From contig JBHLKM010000026.1 of assembly GCA_048886685.1 (NCBI GenBank), positions 1 to 34,699 on the forward strand: DNA of 34,699 nt. The letters run 5' to 3'. A model generated the notes under the pieces. That model was not told the DNA's origin. It did no database searches and saw only the letters and a program-made list of their open reading frames with translations. The DNA comes from Candidatus Hodarchaeota archaeon (GTDB lineage: Archaea; Asgardarchaeota; Lokiarchaeia; Sigyniarchaeales; SOKP01). Both the position numbers and the translations under genes were made by a program. The stretch's first letter is position 1, and the number at the start of each line of letters is the position of its first letter. This document shows positions 1 to 8,986 of this stretch, piece by piece.

Positions 1-777
1 ATAAAAGTCATATTAGAGTTTCCGAAAATAAATCTTAATACTGTTATTCGTAAAATAAATGGAATAAACTATAAATTTTATTTTAATTTTGCATCCAGAT
101 ATCGTGGGATGTATCTATCATTAAATTCCTTACCAATTGTAAACGTTTTATTAAAATATCTTAAAAGAGGAACTGTATTTATAGATGCAGGAGCCAATAT
201 CGGATATCTTTCTGCTATTGGTGCTGGTTTAGTTGGTAAAAAAGGACAAGTCCATAGTTTTGAACCTGTACCTCAATATTATAGAAAACTTCTTGAGTTT
301 AAAAATTTGAATAAAAATTATCAAATATATACCAACAATTTTGCTTTAGGAGAGTCTCTTGGAACATCTAATATAAGTTTAAGTAAAACAATAATTGGGT
401 GGAATACTATGATTTCCGGGCTATTAACTCCTAATCAAGTCAAGGAGACTGTTAAAGTAGAAGTGAAAAGACTTGACGATTATATTTTTAAAAAGAAAAT
501 ATCAAATATCTCGCTTATAAAAATCGATGTAGAAGGATATGAATACTTCTTATTAAAAGGTTTAACTGAATTTTTTGAAAGCTCTAAAGAGAGTTTACCA
601 CCTCTAATTATTGAAATAGCACCATCAGTATATCCATTAATTGATAAAACATTGGCAGATTTAGAAAACCTAATGATGCAATATAATTATTGTGCCTATA
701 GTCTTGATGAAAAATTCCAAATTGACGTAAAAAAGTTAAATAAGTCAAGAGACGTTCTTTTTAAACAATTTAATTAG
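1..777 (+). CDS. FkbM-family SAM-dependent methyltransferase (5'-truncated by window edge)
   Basis: Motifs FIDAGANIG (SAM binding), VHSFEP and LIKIDVEGYE. The frame is open from base 1 to the ATG at 109, so the true start is probably outside the window. Confidence 0.9.
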   Translation: MKVILEFPKINLNTVIRKINGINYKFYFNFASRYRGMYLSLNSLPIVNVLLKYLKRGTVFIDAGANIGYLSAIGAGLVGKKGQVHSFEPVPQYYRKLLEFKNLNKNYQIYTNNFALGESLGTSNISLSKTIIGWNTMISGLLTPNQVKETVKVEVKRLDDYIFKKKISNISLIKIDVEGYEYFLLKGLTEFFESSKESLPPLIIEIAPSVYPLIDKTLADLENLMMQYNYCAYSLDEKFQIDVKKLNKSRDVLFKQFN

Positions 778-791
778 AAGGTTAATTTACA

Positions 792-1970
792 TTATAATTT
801 TATAAACAACTTCTTGAACATATTTAATTCTCTTGAAAGTGAATAATTTCCTAAAGCATACTTTCTCGCTAAAACTTGTAATGTTCTTAATTCTTTAATC
901 TTATTATTCCAGAGTTCATAAATTTCAATTATTTTTTGATATAAGTTCTGAGGTGTAAGATCTTGAACAAAAAATGCAAATTTCTTTTCTTTTAAAATTT
1001 CTGAAGAACCATATGTTTTAGTGCATAAAATCAACAAACCTGCTGCTAAGCTCTCAATTATTACTCTACCAAATGGTTCTCTTCTAGAAGTGAAAAGAAA
1101 TACATCATTTCGTCTATAATACTTGTAAATCTGGTCATTACTAACATATCCATTATACTTAATTTTTTTAGGATAGTTTTTTTCTAAATTCAAAACCTCT
1201 GATTCTAATGGACCTGTACCACAAAACTCGAAGGAGATTTTCATCTGAACGCTATTTACTAGTAACAATTTTATTGCTTCTATTAAAACTCCCACTCCTT
1301 TGTGAATATCATCTAAATATCCAACATAAATAAGTTTTAATATATTCTCGTTTTTCTCTTCAATTTTAAAATCTAAATAATCTCCTAATTCTATTCCATG
1401 TGTGATATGAAAGACACGCTTAGAATCATAAAAGTTTTCTAAATATTTTTTAGCATGTTGAGAGATTGTATGGATATAAATACCTTTTTTAAAGATTTTA
1501 AAAAGTATTATTGATATTCTATTTTTCAAATTATAAATTGAGAATAATTTATCGCTATACAAAGGTTTTCTAAATCCAACAACCAATCTAGTCTTTCTTA
1601 TTAGTTTGACCAATAGAATCAGAATAAGTATGCTTTTTATATCATGTAGAGAAGTATAGGTAATTCTGGCAAGTTTCATTTCTTTATACAAAGTTCTAAT
1701 TGCTTTGAGCTTTGGGAAGCTAAAATTCTTATTAAAAAGTTGAAAATTTAAATAATTCAATCGAGAAATGCGATTTATACCGTTTAATTTCTTTAGAATC
1801 AGTTTTCTGTCTAAACGTTTATTACCAATAATCCTATTAGAATCTAGAAGAGTAACTAGAAATTGATCCTGTAAGCCATTGGCAAGTTCCATTGCCGAGA
1901 TTTCTCCACCTCTTCCATTTTCTAAGGCGAGGGGTGTGAAGATTAAAACGTTATTTCTTTTCATTGTCAA
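792..1970 (-). CDS. Glycosyltransferase family 4 (GT-B)
   Basis: N-terminal GRGGE loop and C-terminal SRREPFGRVIIE (E-X7-E) motif. Start is either TTG 1970 or ATG 1964. Confidence 0.9.
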   Translation of the reverse strand: MTMKRNNVLIFTPLALENGRGGEISAMELANGLQDQFLVTLLDSNRIIGNKRLDRKLILKKLNGINRISRLNYLNFQLFNKNFSFPKLKAIRTLYKEMKLARITYTSLHDIKSILILILLVKLIRKTRLVVGFRKPLYSDKLFSIYNLKNRISIILFKIFKKGIYIHTISQHAKKYLENFYDSKRVFHITHGIELGDYLDFKIEEKNENILKLIYVGYLDDIHKGVGVLIEAIKLLLVNSVQMKISFEFCGTGPLESEVLNLEKNYPKKIKYNGYVSNDQIYKYYRRNDVFLFTSRREPFGRVIIESLAAGLLILCTKTYGSSEILKEKKFAFFVQDLTPQNLYQKIIEIYELWNNKIKELRTLQVLARKYALGNYSLSRELNMFKKLFIKL

Positions 1971-2157
1971 TAATGAGGTGATCTACTACTAGAATTAAAA
2001 TTTGTGCTGATAGATTATGTAATTTGTAATATTTAATTAACATTTTCTCAAAAGATTAATTTTATCTTTCGAAAATAATTGAACGCTTTATTAAAAATTA
2101 CATAATTTCATAATAATTAAATTAAATATAAATAATTAATTATAGATAAAGTGCATC

Positions 2158-3309
2158 ATGGAAGACTTAATACCTATTGAAAATGTTATTAAAAAAAGTC
2201 CTCGAGTAAAAGAGCTTGAAAGTCAAGGATTTATCATAAATCCAGATAATCTTGACGAATATTTAGAGGAATTTAAAAAAAGAGAATCTGCACTACCTAA
2301 TGAATCTTATTGGAAAGAGAAACGAGTTTTAATAACTGGAATAAGCGGTTTTGCAGGAAGTCATCTAGCAGAGCAGTTATTGGATTTAGGATGTGAAATC
2401 CATGGAACTATACGGAGACATGCTGTTCCTATGCATGAGAATATTGAACATTTAAGAGGAAAAATATTTCTACATGAAGCAGATATAACCAGTGCGGAAA
2501 GAATTTTAGGGATTTTTGAAGAAGTACGCCCGCATGCCGTGTTTCATCTTGCAGCAGAATCTTTTGTACCAACATCTTTTAGAGAACCCGTTAGAGTAAG
2601 CTATAATAATGTAATAGGTACTATAAAAATATTTGAAGCAGCACGAAGATTTGATGATGATTTAGAAAGTCTACAAGTTGCTTGCAGTAGCGAACAATAT
2701 GGTTTAGTTGATCCCTCAGAAATTCCTGTTACTGAAGACCTAAAAAAAAATCCTTTTCGTCCAAGAAGCGTATACGGAATAACAAAAGTAGCCACAGAAC
2801 AGATTGCGTGGTTATATCATAATTCTTATAATGTCCCCTCCATAATAACGCGAGGATTTAATCACGAAGGCCCTCGAAGAGGGATACAATTTGCAACGAG
2901 TGTGATACATAGACAAATCGTGGAAATTTTAAATAAACAGAGAGAAAATATAATAATAGGAAATCCAAATGCAATTCGAGATTTTACACATGTAAAAGAC
3001 ACAGTTAACGCTTATATTCTTGTCAGCGAAAGAAAAAATTATGGAGAACCTTATAATGTTTGTTCTGGAAAGGGTATTTCGATAGCAGATTATGTCAAAT
3101 TAGCCAAAAAAATTTATAATCTTCCTGTTGATGTATTAGTAGATCCTACAAGGATGCGTCCCAGCGAAGTTCCTTTACTAATAGGTAGAAACGATAAAAT
3201 TATGAAAGATATAGGGTGGAGACCAGTAAGATCTATCATTGATATAATTGAAGGAGGAGTTACATATTTTCAAGAACATCCTGAACAATTAGGTATTGAA
3301 GCCCATTAA
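2158..3309 (+). CDS. gmd: GDP-mannose 4,6-dehydratase-like extended SDR
   Basis: Motifs LITGISGFAGSHL, HLAAESFV, SSEQYG, PRSVYGITK (YxxxK), FNHEGPRRG, RDF and RPSEV. A GDP-4-keto-6-deoxymannose reductase cannot be fully excluded. Confidence 0.8.
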   Translation: MEDLIPIENVIKKSPRVKELESQGFIINPDNLDEYLEEFKKRESALPNESYWKEKRVLITGISGFAGSHLAEQLLDLGCEIHGTIRRHAVPMHENIEHLRGKIFLHEADITSAERILGIFEEVRPHAVFHLAAESFVPTSFREPVRVSYNNVIGTIKIFEAARRFDDDLESLQVACSSEQYGLVDPSEIPVTEDLKKNPFRPRSVYGITKVATEQIAWLYHNSYNVPSIITRGFNHEGPRRGIQFATSVIHRQIVEILNKQRENIIIGNPNAIRDFTHVKDTVNAYILVSERKNYGEPYNVCSGKGISIADYVKLAKKIYNLPVDVLVDPTRMRPSEVPLLIGRNDKIMKDIGWRPVRSIIDIIEGGVTYFQEHPEQLGIEAH

Positions 3310-3407
3310 ATCATTAAATTGTGAATAATTAAATGATAAAAATTCTTAAGAAGTTAGCAAAAATTAAAATAAATGGGCTAATTGCCCGCAATATAAAAAA
3401 AATCTAG

Positions 3408-4124
3408 CTAAATGTTTAATTCTCTTTTTTGTAATTGTATTAATTCTGAAATGCCTTTTTCTCCTAAGTTAATAATTTCATTTAGTTTTTCTCTTGAAAA
3501 AGTGGCTCCTTCAGCTGTACCTTGGATTTCAATAATTTCAGAATCTTCATTCATTACTAAATTAAAATCCACATCAACTTTTGAATCTTCAATATAGTTT
3601 AAATCAAGTAAAACTTGATCATCCTTTATCCCTAATGAAATTGCAGCTATCACCTTATAATCTGGAAAATCATAAATTAATTGTTGATTATATAGATAAT
3701 TCAAAGCATCAAATACAGCGATAAAAGCTCCTGTTATTGAAGCACATCTAGTCCCGCCATCTGCCTGTATCACATCGCAATCAATTCTTATCGTTCTTTC
3801 ACCAAGTTTTTCATAGTTAAAAGCAGCACGCATACTACGTCCAATTAATCGTTGAATTTCCATAGATCTTCCTCTATTTGTATCTCTCTGATTTCTTACT
3901 TGAGTTGCCCTTGGTAACATTGAGTATTCAGCAGTAATCCAACCAGTTCCGGTGTCAATTAAAAATCTCGGTACTGAATCTATTATGGATGCAGTTACTA
4001 TAACCATCGTATTCCCTTGAGTTATTAATACTGAACCTTCTGGATACTTAAGGAAATTTCTTTTTATAGAAGTTTTTCTAATTTCATCAAATTTCCGTCC
4101 ATCAAACCTTATATTACCGACCAT
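3408..4124 (-). CDS. rph: Ribonuclease PH (bacterial type, phosphorolytic 3'-5' exoribonuclease)
   Basis: Motifs [56 protein letters not shown] and IEIQGTAE, which are diagnostic of bacterial RNase PH rather than archaeal Rrp41. Confidence 0.93.
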   Translation of the reverse strand: MVGNIRFDGRKFDEIRKTSIKRNFLKYPEGSVLITQGNTMVIVTASIIDSVPRFLIDTGTGWITAEYSMLPRATQVRNQRDTNRGRSMEIQRLIGRSMRAAFNYEKLGERTIRIDCDVIQADGGTRCASITGAFIAVFDALNYLYNQQLIYDFPDYKVIAAISLGIKDDQVLLDLNYIEDSKVDVDFNLVMNEDSEIIEIQGTAEGATFSREKLNEIINLGEKGISELIQLQKRELNI

Positions 4125-4255
4125 CGATAAAAACCCTAATTTTATCCGTCTAATAATCAGTAAAAGTTAAACTTCTTTTGTGAAAAGAGTATATAATAAT
4201 ATATTTCTCTAAGTAAAAAAGTTTCTAAAAATAGAAAATTTACTATATTATTGTC

Positions 4256-5356
4256 TTATACCATTGGATAAGATCCTAATATTTTAAACCAGATTACATT
4301 TTCATTCATTTTTTCAAAAATCTTTCTAATGTATTCCTCATTCTTATCACCTTCAAAATCCATCAGAAATATATACTCCCAACGTCCTCTCCTTCTTGGA
4401 CGAGATTCAATTTTTAATAAATTAATATTTGCGTCAGCAAAAATTTTCAAAACACGATATAAAGCTCCTGGAATATGTTTAGTGACAAAAACAAGTGATG
4501 TCTTGATTTTTCCTTCTTTATCATCGTTTTCTCTTTTGGAGATTATTAAAAACCTAGTAAAATTTAATGGGTTATCTTCAATATTAGAGCTTAGAACTTT
4601 CAAATCATAAAATTGGCTTGAAAATTCAGTTCCTATAGCAGCAAAAGATTCCTCATTTGATTCCTGAACTCTTCGAACAGCTTCTGCTGTTGAATTAACA
4701 CTAATCAGATTTGCTTTTGGCAGGTTGGTTTTGATCCAAATCCTAGTTTGAGCAAAGGCTTGAGGATGAGAAATTATTGTTTGAATTTTTGATATATCGG
4801 AGCTTTTCACAGAAATTAGATTTTGGATAATTCTTAACTCTATTTCCCCATATATAATAAGATTTTTCTCAATTAATAAATCCAGAGTTTCCCTGACTGT
4901 CCCTTGAAGGCTATTTTCAATAGGAATAACACCAAAATCTATTAAATCTTTTTCTACATTTTCGAATATTTCTAATGAACTACTGGCAGGTATAAATTCT
5001 GATCCTGATTTAGGAAAAAATTCTAAAGCCGCTTGATGGGTAAATGTTCCTTTTGGACCTAGGTACCCAATTTTAGTTATCTCACCTTGAATTAACTGAC
5101 TTGCGCTCATGATTTCTTTCCAGATAGCTTCTATGCTTGAATTTTTGTAAATAATAGACTTTCGTTTCAATCTATCAATAATCTCCTTCTCTCTTTGTGG
5201 TTGAAAAATCTTCATATTTAATTTGTTTTTTAGCTCTCCTATCTTTGTTACAATATTCCCACGATTGTTTAATAGTTCAACAATAGTATCATCAACTTCA
5301 TTGATTTCTTCTCTTAACTTTCTTAATTCTTCTTTCAGATTATTTTGATTTTCCAT
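4256..5356 (-). CDS. pheA: Bifunctional chorismate mutase / prephenate dehydratase (P-protein)
   Basis: N-terminal AroQ domain (LREEINEVD...RE), PDT motifs YLGPKGTF, PIENS, SHPQA and TRF, and a C-terminal ACT domain with ESRP. Confidence 0.93.
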   Translation of the reverse strand: MENQNNLKEELRKLREEINEVDDTIVELLNNRGNIVTKIGELKNKLNMKIFQPQREKEIIDRLKRKSIIYKNSSIEAIWKEIMSASQLIQGEITKIGYLGPKGTFTHQAALEFFPKSGSEFIPASSSLEIFENVEKDLIDFGVIPIENSLQGTVRETLDLLIEKNLIIYGEIELRIIQNLISVKSSDISKIQTIISHPQAFAQTRIWIKTNLPKANLISVNSTAEAVRRVQESNEESFAAIGTEFSSQFYDLKVLSSNIEDNPLNFTRFLIISKRENDDKEGKIKTSLVFVTKHIPGALYRVLKIFADANINLLKIESRPRRRGRWEYIFLMDFEGDKNEEYIRKIFEKMNENVIWFKILGSYPMV

Positions 5357-5386
5357 ATCAGAATCCTAATAATTATTAATTTAAAA

Positions 5387-7072
5387 TTATTTATTTTCAA
5401 AAAATTGCTCAATATTTAATTCAAAAGCCGAAACAGGGAACTCCAGCTTGAAATTCAATAGAACTTCTGGATGGATTTCACCAATTTCACCAATAATTAA
5501 ATTATTTAAATAAATTTCTCCATATCGACCATCAATATAACTAGAATTTTTACTTGACTTTATTTCATAATCACCATAGTATCCCAGTGAAGTCATTACA
5601 AAATCTAAAGTAGATCTTATTTCAGTATAATCTGCATCTTCATGATAAGAAACAGCAGATAAACGGATTTCTCTCTTAGCTCCCGTTTCCTCTTTATTCG
5701 ATAGCAATATAATATCTCCAACTTCGAATATTCTAATAGGTTTTTCTTCAGATCTATTTAATAACAACGTGTCCATTAATTTCGGAAGTATTCTTGTCCT
5801 TGTTGTATTGTATTCTTTAGAGACTGGATTAGCAATTTCAACGATTTTTCCGATATCAGATTCTTGTTTCATATAATTGAATTGTTTTTCTGAACTCGCA
5901 AGTATGAAATTTATAACTTCTAAATATCCCGCCCCAATCATAATCTTTCTTATCCTATTCGAATAATCTTGTATTGGATGATATTGTCCTAAACCCTTCT
6001 CATGAATAGTAAGAGGTAAATTAAAGTATCCATATCCAATAGCACATTCCTCAGTGAAGTCAATTGGATGCATAATATCCCCCCTATACGCAGGTACTGA
6101 AACATCTAAATGTCCCTGTTTCTTAGATTTGCTTGCATCCATTCTAACTTTTTTAAAACATTTTATCATTTCTATAGTTGATAAATTCAAACCAATTACA
6201 CTATTTATATAATCAATATTAACTTGCCATTTTGTAGGATCAAGATTAGGTGTGATAATTTCTTTTTCTCCAATATAATTTACTTTAACATTTTCTAGTT
6301 TTGCCCCCATATCCGATAGGGTTGTAGATAAAATATTTAAAGCTAAATTTATTGCTTTAAAATCAGTACCGGTCAAATCTAAGAATAAATTCTTTGTATC
6401 ATCCGTTACTGTTGTCAATTCTCCATTAATAATAGGTGGAAAGGACAATACTTCTTTATTACTGTCAAAAATAATTGGATATACTTCTTTACCCTCTAAA
6501 ATATGAGCATATTCGATACCCTTTTCATGTAATAATAATATCTCTTCTAAATTCATTGGATATCCATCACCATGTAAAGGTACAAAGCTTACTGAATCAG
6601 GAATCACCGCAGTGTATATATAAGGAGGCACAACTTTATCAAAATCATGAACTCCTATTGCCACTTTTTTCCTGTCTCTCCCAACTGCCCAATGTAAATG
6701 TTCTTGGATATTCATGAGAGTAGCAACCTCATCTTCATCTAAATCAATATCACGAATAACTCCACAGACTATAAATGGTCGAACTTTCTTTACGCTGGGA
6801 TCTACATTCAGAACTATGTTTCCTGAAATAATATCATAAGATGGAAGGCCTTCCTCGATTTCATAATATCCTTTAAGAGCTCTAGCAATACCTTCTGGGC
6901 TAGAAAAATCCGGTCTATTAGGATTATATTCCACTTTCAATTTTTGCTCCTCTTCATTAATGTCCTCCAAATCTAAACTGATCCATTGCAAATCATATTC
7001 TAATTCTTTTATATCCAGTTTTCTCCCAATTAATCTTTCTAATCTTTCAACTTTTAATTCTAATGTTGGCAA
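5387..7072 (-). CDS. pheT: Phenylalanine--tRNA ligase beta subunit (archaeal/eukaryotic type)
   Basis: Motifs NRPD, QEHLH...GRDRKKVAIGVHD, LSFPPIING, VPAYRGDIMHPIDFTEE and GEIHPEVL. Start moved to TTG 7072 (MPTLEL, the family-typical N-terminus) because the GTG at 7081 is part of the GAGGTGA SD. Confidence 0.95.
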   Translation of the reverse strand: MPTLELKVERLERLIGRKLDIKELEYDLQWISLDLEDINEEEQKLKVEYNPNRPDFSSPEGIARALKGYYEIEEGLPSYDIISGNIVLNVDPSVKKVRPFIVCGVIRDIDLDEDEVATLMNIQEHLHWAVGRDRKKVAIGVHDFDKVVPPYIYTAVIPDSVSFVPLHGDGYPMNLEEILLLHEKGIEYAHILEGKEVYPIIFDSNKEVLSFPPIINGELTTVTDDTKNLFLDLTGTDFKAINLALNILSTTLSDMGAKLENVKVNYIGEKEIITPNLDPTKWQVNIDYINSVIGLNLSTIEMIKCFKKVRMDASKSKKQGHLDVSVPAYRGDIMHPIDFTEECAIGYGYFNLPLTIHEKGLGQYHPIQDYSNRIRKIMIGAGYLEVINFILASSEKQFNYMKQESDIGKIVEIANPVSKEYNTTRTRILPKLMDTLLLNRSEEKPIRIFEVGDIILLSNKEETGAKREIRLSAVSYHEDADYTEIRSTLDFVMTSLGYYGDYEIKSSKNSSYIDGRYGEIYLNNLIIGEIGEIHPEVLLNFKLEFPVSAFELNIEQFFENK

Positions 7073-7082
7073 TTCTTTCACC

Positions 7083-8624
7083 TCACTTAAGATAAGATTG
7101 TTGTCTTAACCACTTGATTGGATTAATATAAAAATCTCGTATGTCTTCACGACCATAATAGGGCATTGCAATTCTTTCAAGACCCCCACCCCATGCTAAT
7201 ACACGAGTAGGTTCTTTAATTCCCCACGGATATGTAACTTCAGGTCGGAAAATTCCTGATCCCGCCATCTCTAGCCATTCGCCTAATTTTTCATAATATA
7301 CTGCAACTTCCATACTAGGCTCTGTATAAGGAAAAAATCCTGGTCTTGTTATGATCTTTCTGAAGCCTATTTTTCGATAAAACTCTGAAAGTAATCCAAT
7401 TAAATCACATAAAGTAACATTATCATCAATCACTATTCCTTCTATTTGAGTAAATTCAGCTAAATGTGATTTATCAACTTTCTCATTTCGAAATACTCTA
7501 TCAACACAAAATACTTTTACTGGTACTTTATCATTACTTCTATAAAATTGAGCCAACCTGCGCATTGTAGTTGAGGTTGTATGTGTTCTCAATACTAATT
7601 TTTTTGCCATGTTAATATCCCATTTATAACCCCATCCAATAGAACCTGAATCTCCACCATTTTCATGGGTTTCTTTTACAGCTAGAACTCTGTCTTTTTC
7701 TGGTAATTTTGCTATTTTTGGATTGTTAATGTAAAAAGTATCTTGCATTTCACGGGCGGGGTGATCTTGGGGCTGATATAAGGCATCGAAATTATAAAAA
7801 GCACTTTCAATAATAGGTCCTCTTATTTCAGTAAAACCCATCGATAAGAAAACTTCTCTTATTTCATTAATTAGGTTTATTAAAGGATGAATTTTTCCCG
7901 CTTTTAATAATGGACCAGGTTTGGTGATATCAAAAGGCTTAAAATCAAAATTCTTCCATGTTCCTGAACTTAACATCTCAGAAGTGATTTTACTTATTTG
8001 TTTTTGTTCTTTAATCTCAGAAAGAGGTTTTTTTCTTCCCTCTTCAGTTAAATATATAATCCTTTGAGTTTTACGAATTTTTTCAATCAATTTTCTTTTA
8101 TTTAAAATATCTGTAACCTTTAAGTCATCTTTTGATAATTTAGAATAATCAATTATAGGGCTTTCTTTAAATTTCTCTATGAATTTTTCTACATTCGTTT
8201 GAGGAAACTCCTCGCTAATTAGAAAAACTTTATTTTCTCCCGAAGCCTTGCTTTGACTAATCCACCTATTTTTCTTTAAATTTGAAATTCCAATATAAAA
8301 AATAGTCTTATCTAAATTTGATTGTTTAAACAGATCATCTAAGGTTATTTCTTTAATTTGATTTTCCAGCATTAATTTTAATAATTGACGTTCAGGTAAT
8401 CCATTCATTAAATATCTTCTACCTTCATTATTTAAAGAAATCTGATAAATTTCCTCTTCTTTAAATCCTCCTAAATTATGCTCAATCAAATCATTTACAG
8501 CTGACATTAGTACTATATAATCAATTCCCATTTCTTCAGCAATCTGAGCAGCTATTACATTAGATCGCTTTTTCTTCAGCAATCTTAAAATTTCTATCGT
8601 TTGTTTTTTAAGTTTAATTTTCAT
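7083..8624 (-). CDS. pheS: Phenylalanine--tRNA ligase alpha subunit (archaeal/eukaryotic long form)
   Basis: Motifs NFDALYQPQDHPAREMQDTF, LRTHTT, RVFRNE, EFTQIEG, FFPYTEPS, GSGIFRPE and GLERIAM, plus a long N-terminal extension with GLPERQL. Confidence 0.96.
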   Translation of the reverse strand: MKIKLKKQTIEILRLLKKKRSNVIAAQIAEEMGIDYIVLMSAVNDLIEHNLGGFKEEEIYQISLNNEGRRYLMNGLPERQLLKLMLENQIKEITLDDLFKQSNLDKTIFYIGISNLKKNRWISQSKASGENKVFLISEEFPQTNVEKFIEKFKESPIIDYSKLSKDDLKVTDILNKRKLIEKIRKTQRIIYLTEEGRKKPLSEIKEQKQISKITSEMLSSGTWKNFDFKPFDITKPGPLLKAGKIHPLINLINEIREVFLSMGFTEIRGPIIESAFYNFDALYQPQDHPAREMQDTFYINNPKIAKLPEKDRVLAVKETHENGGDSGSIGWGYKWDINMAKKLVLRTHTTSTTMRRLAQFYRSNDKVPVKVFCVDRVFRNEKVDKSHLAEFTQIEGIVIDDNVTLCDLIGLLSEFYRKIGFRKIITRPGFFPYTEPSMEVAVYYEKLGEWLEMAGSGIFRPEVTYPWGIKEPTRVLAWGGGLERIAMPYYGREDIRDFYINPIKWLRQQSYLK

Positions 8625-8678
8625 AACCTTCAGTCGTTACTCTTTATTCTTTCGTTATTATTTTTAAAATCTCAAATG

Positions 8679-8695
8679 TATATAAATCTTTCGTG
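8679..8695 (-). promoter_or_regulatory. Putative BRE-TATA promoter of pheS-pheT-pheA
   Basis: Minus strand reads CACGAAAGATTTATATA (purine-rich BRE followed by TTTATATA), about 55 nt upstream of the pheS ATG. Confidence 0.55.
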
Positions 8696-8802
8696 AATTA
8701 AATCGTTTAATTTTGCTCGATCTTGAACTAGAACAAACATATAACTTATTATATTTTTTAATAATTTAGCTTTAAGATTTAGTAAAATAAAACTCACCTG
8801 CA

Positions 8803-8844
8803 GCCAAGGAATCAGTATCTATATTGAATTTTTAATCCCTTGGC
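8803..8844 (-). other. GC-rich RNA stem-loop in the coaD-pheS intergenic region (cis-element, terminator or small ncRNA)
   Basis: Minus strand GCCAAGGGAUUA pairs with UGAUUCCUUGGC: 12 bp including 2 G-U pairs, 18-nt loop, in a very AT-rich background. Confidence 0.5.
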
Positions 8845-8986
8845 AGATTAAAGAAATTAACAAAAAATTGAGCTTGACTGAGATTTAAATTTATATAATT
8901 AGGATAGGTTAATGAATACATAAAATTCTCTCTTCAAGCTTTGATTATTTTAAAATAAATATATAAACAATTCCTAAAAAATTTTT

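Noticed and set aside
3340-3390. Small palindromes between gmd and rph (TTCTTAAGAA; GGGC-TAATT-GCCC)
   Set aside because: Stems of 4-5 bp are expected by chance and are too weak to call a terminator.
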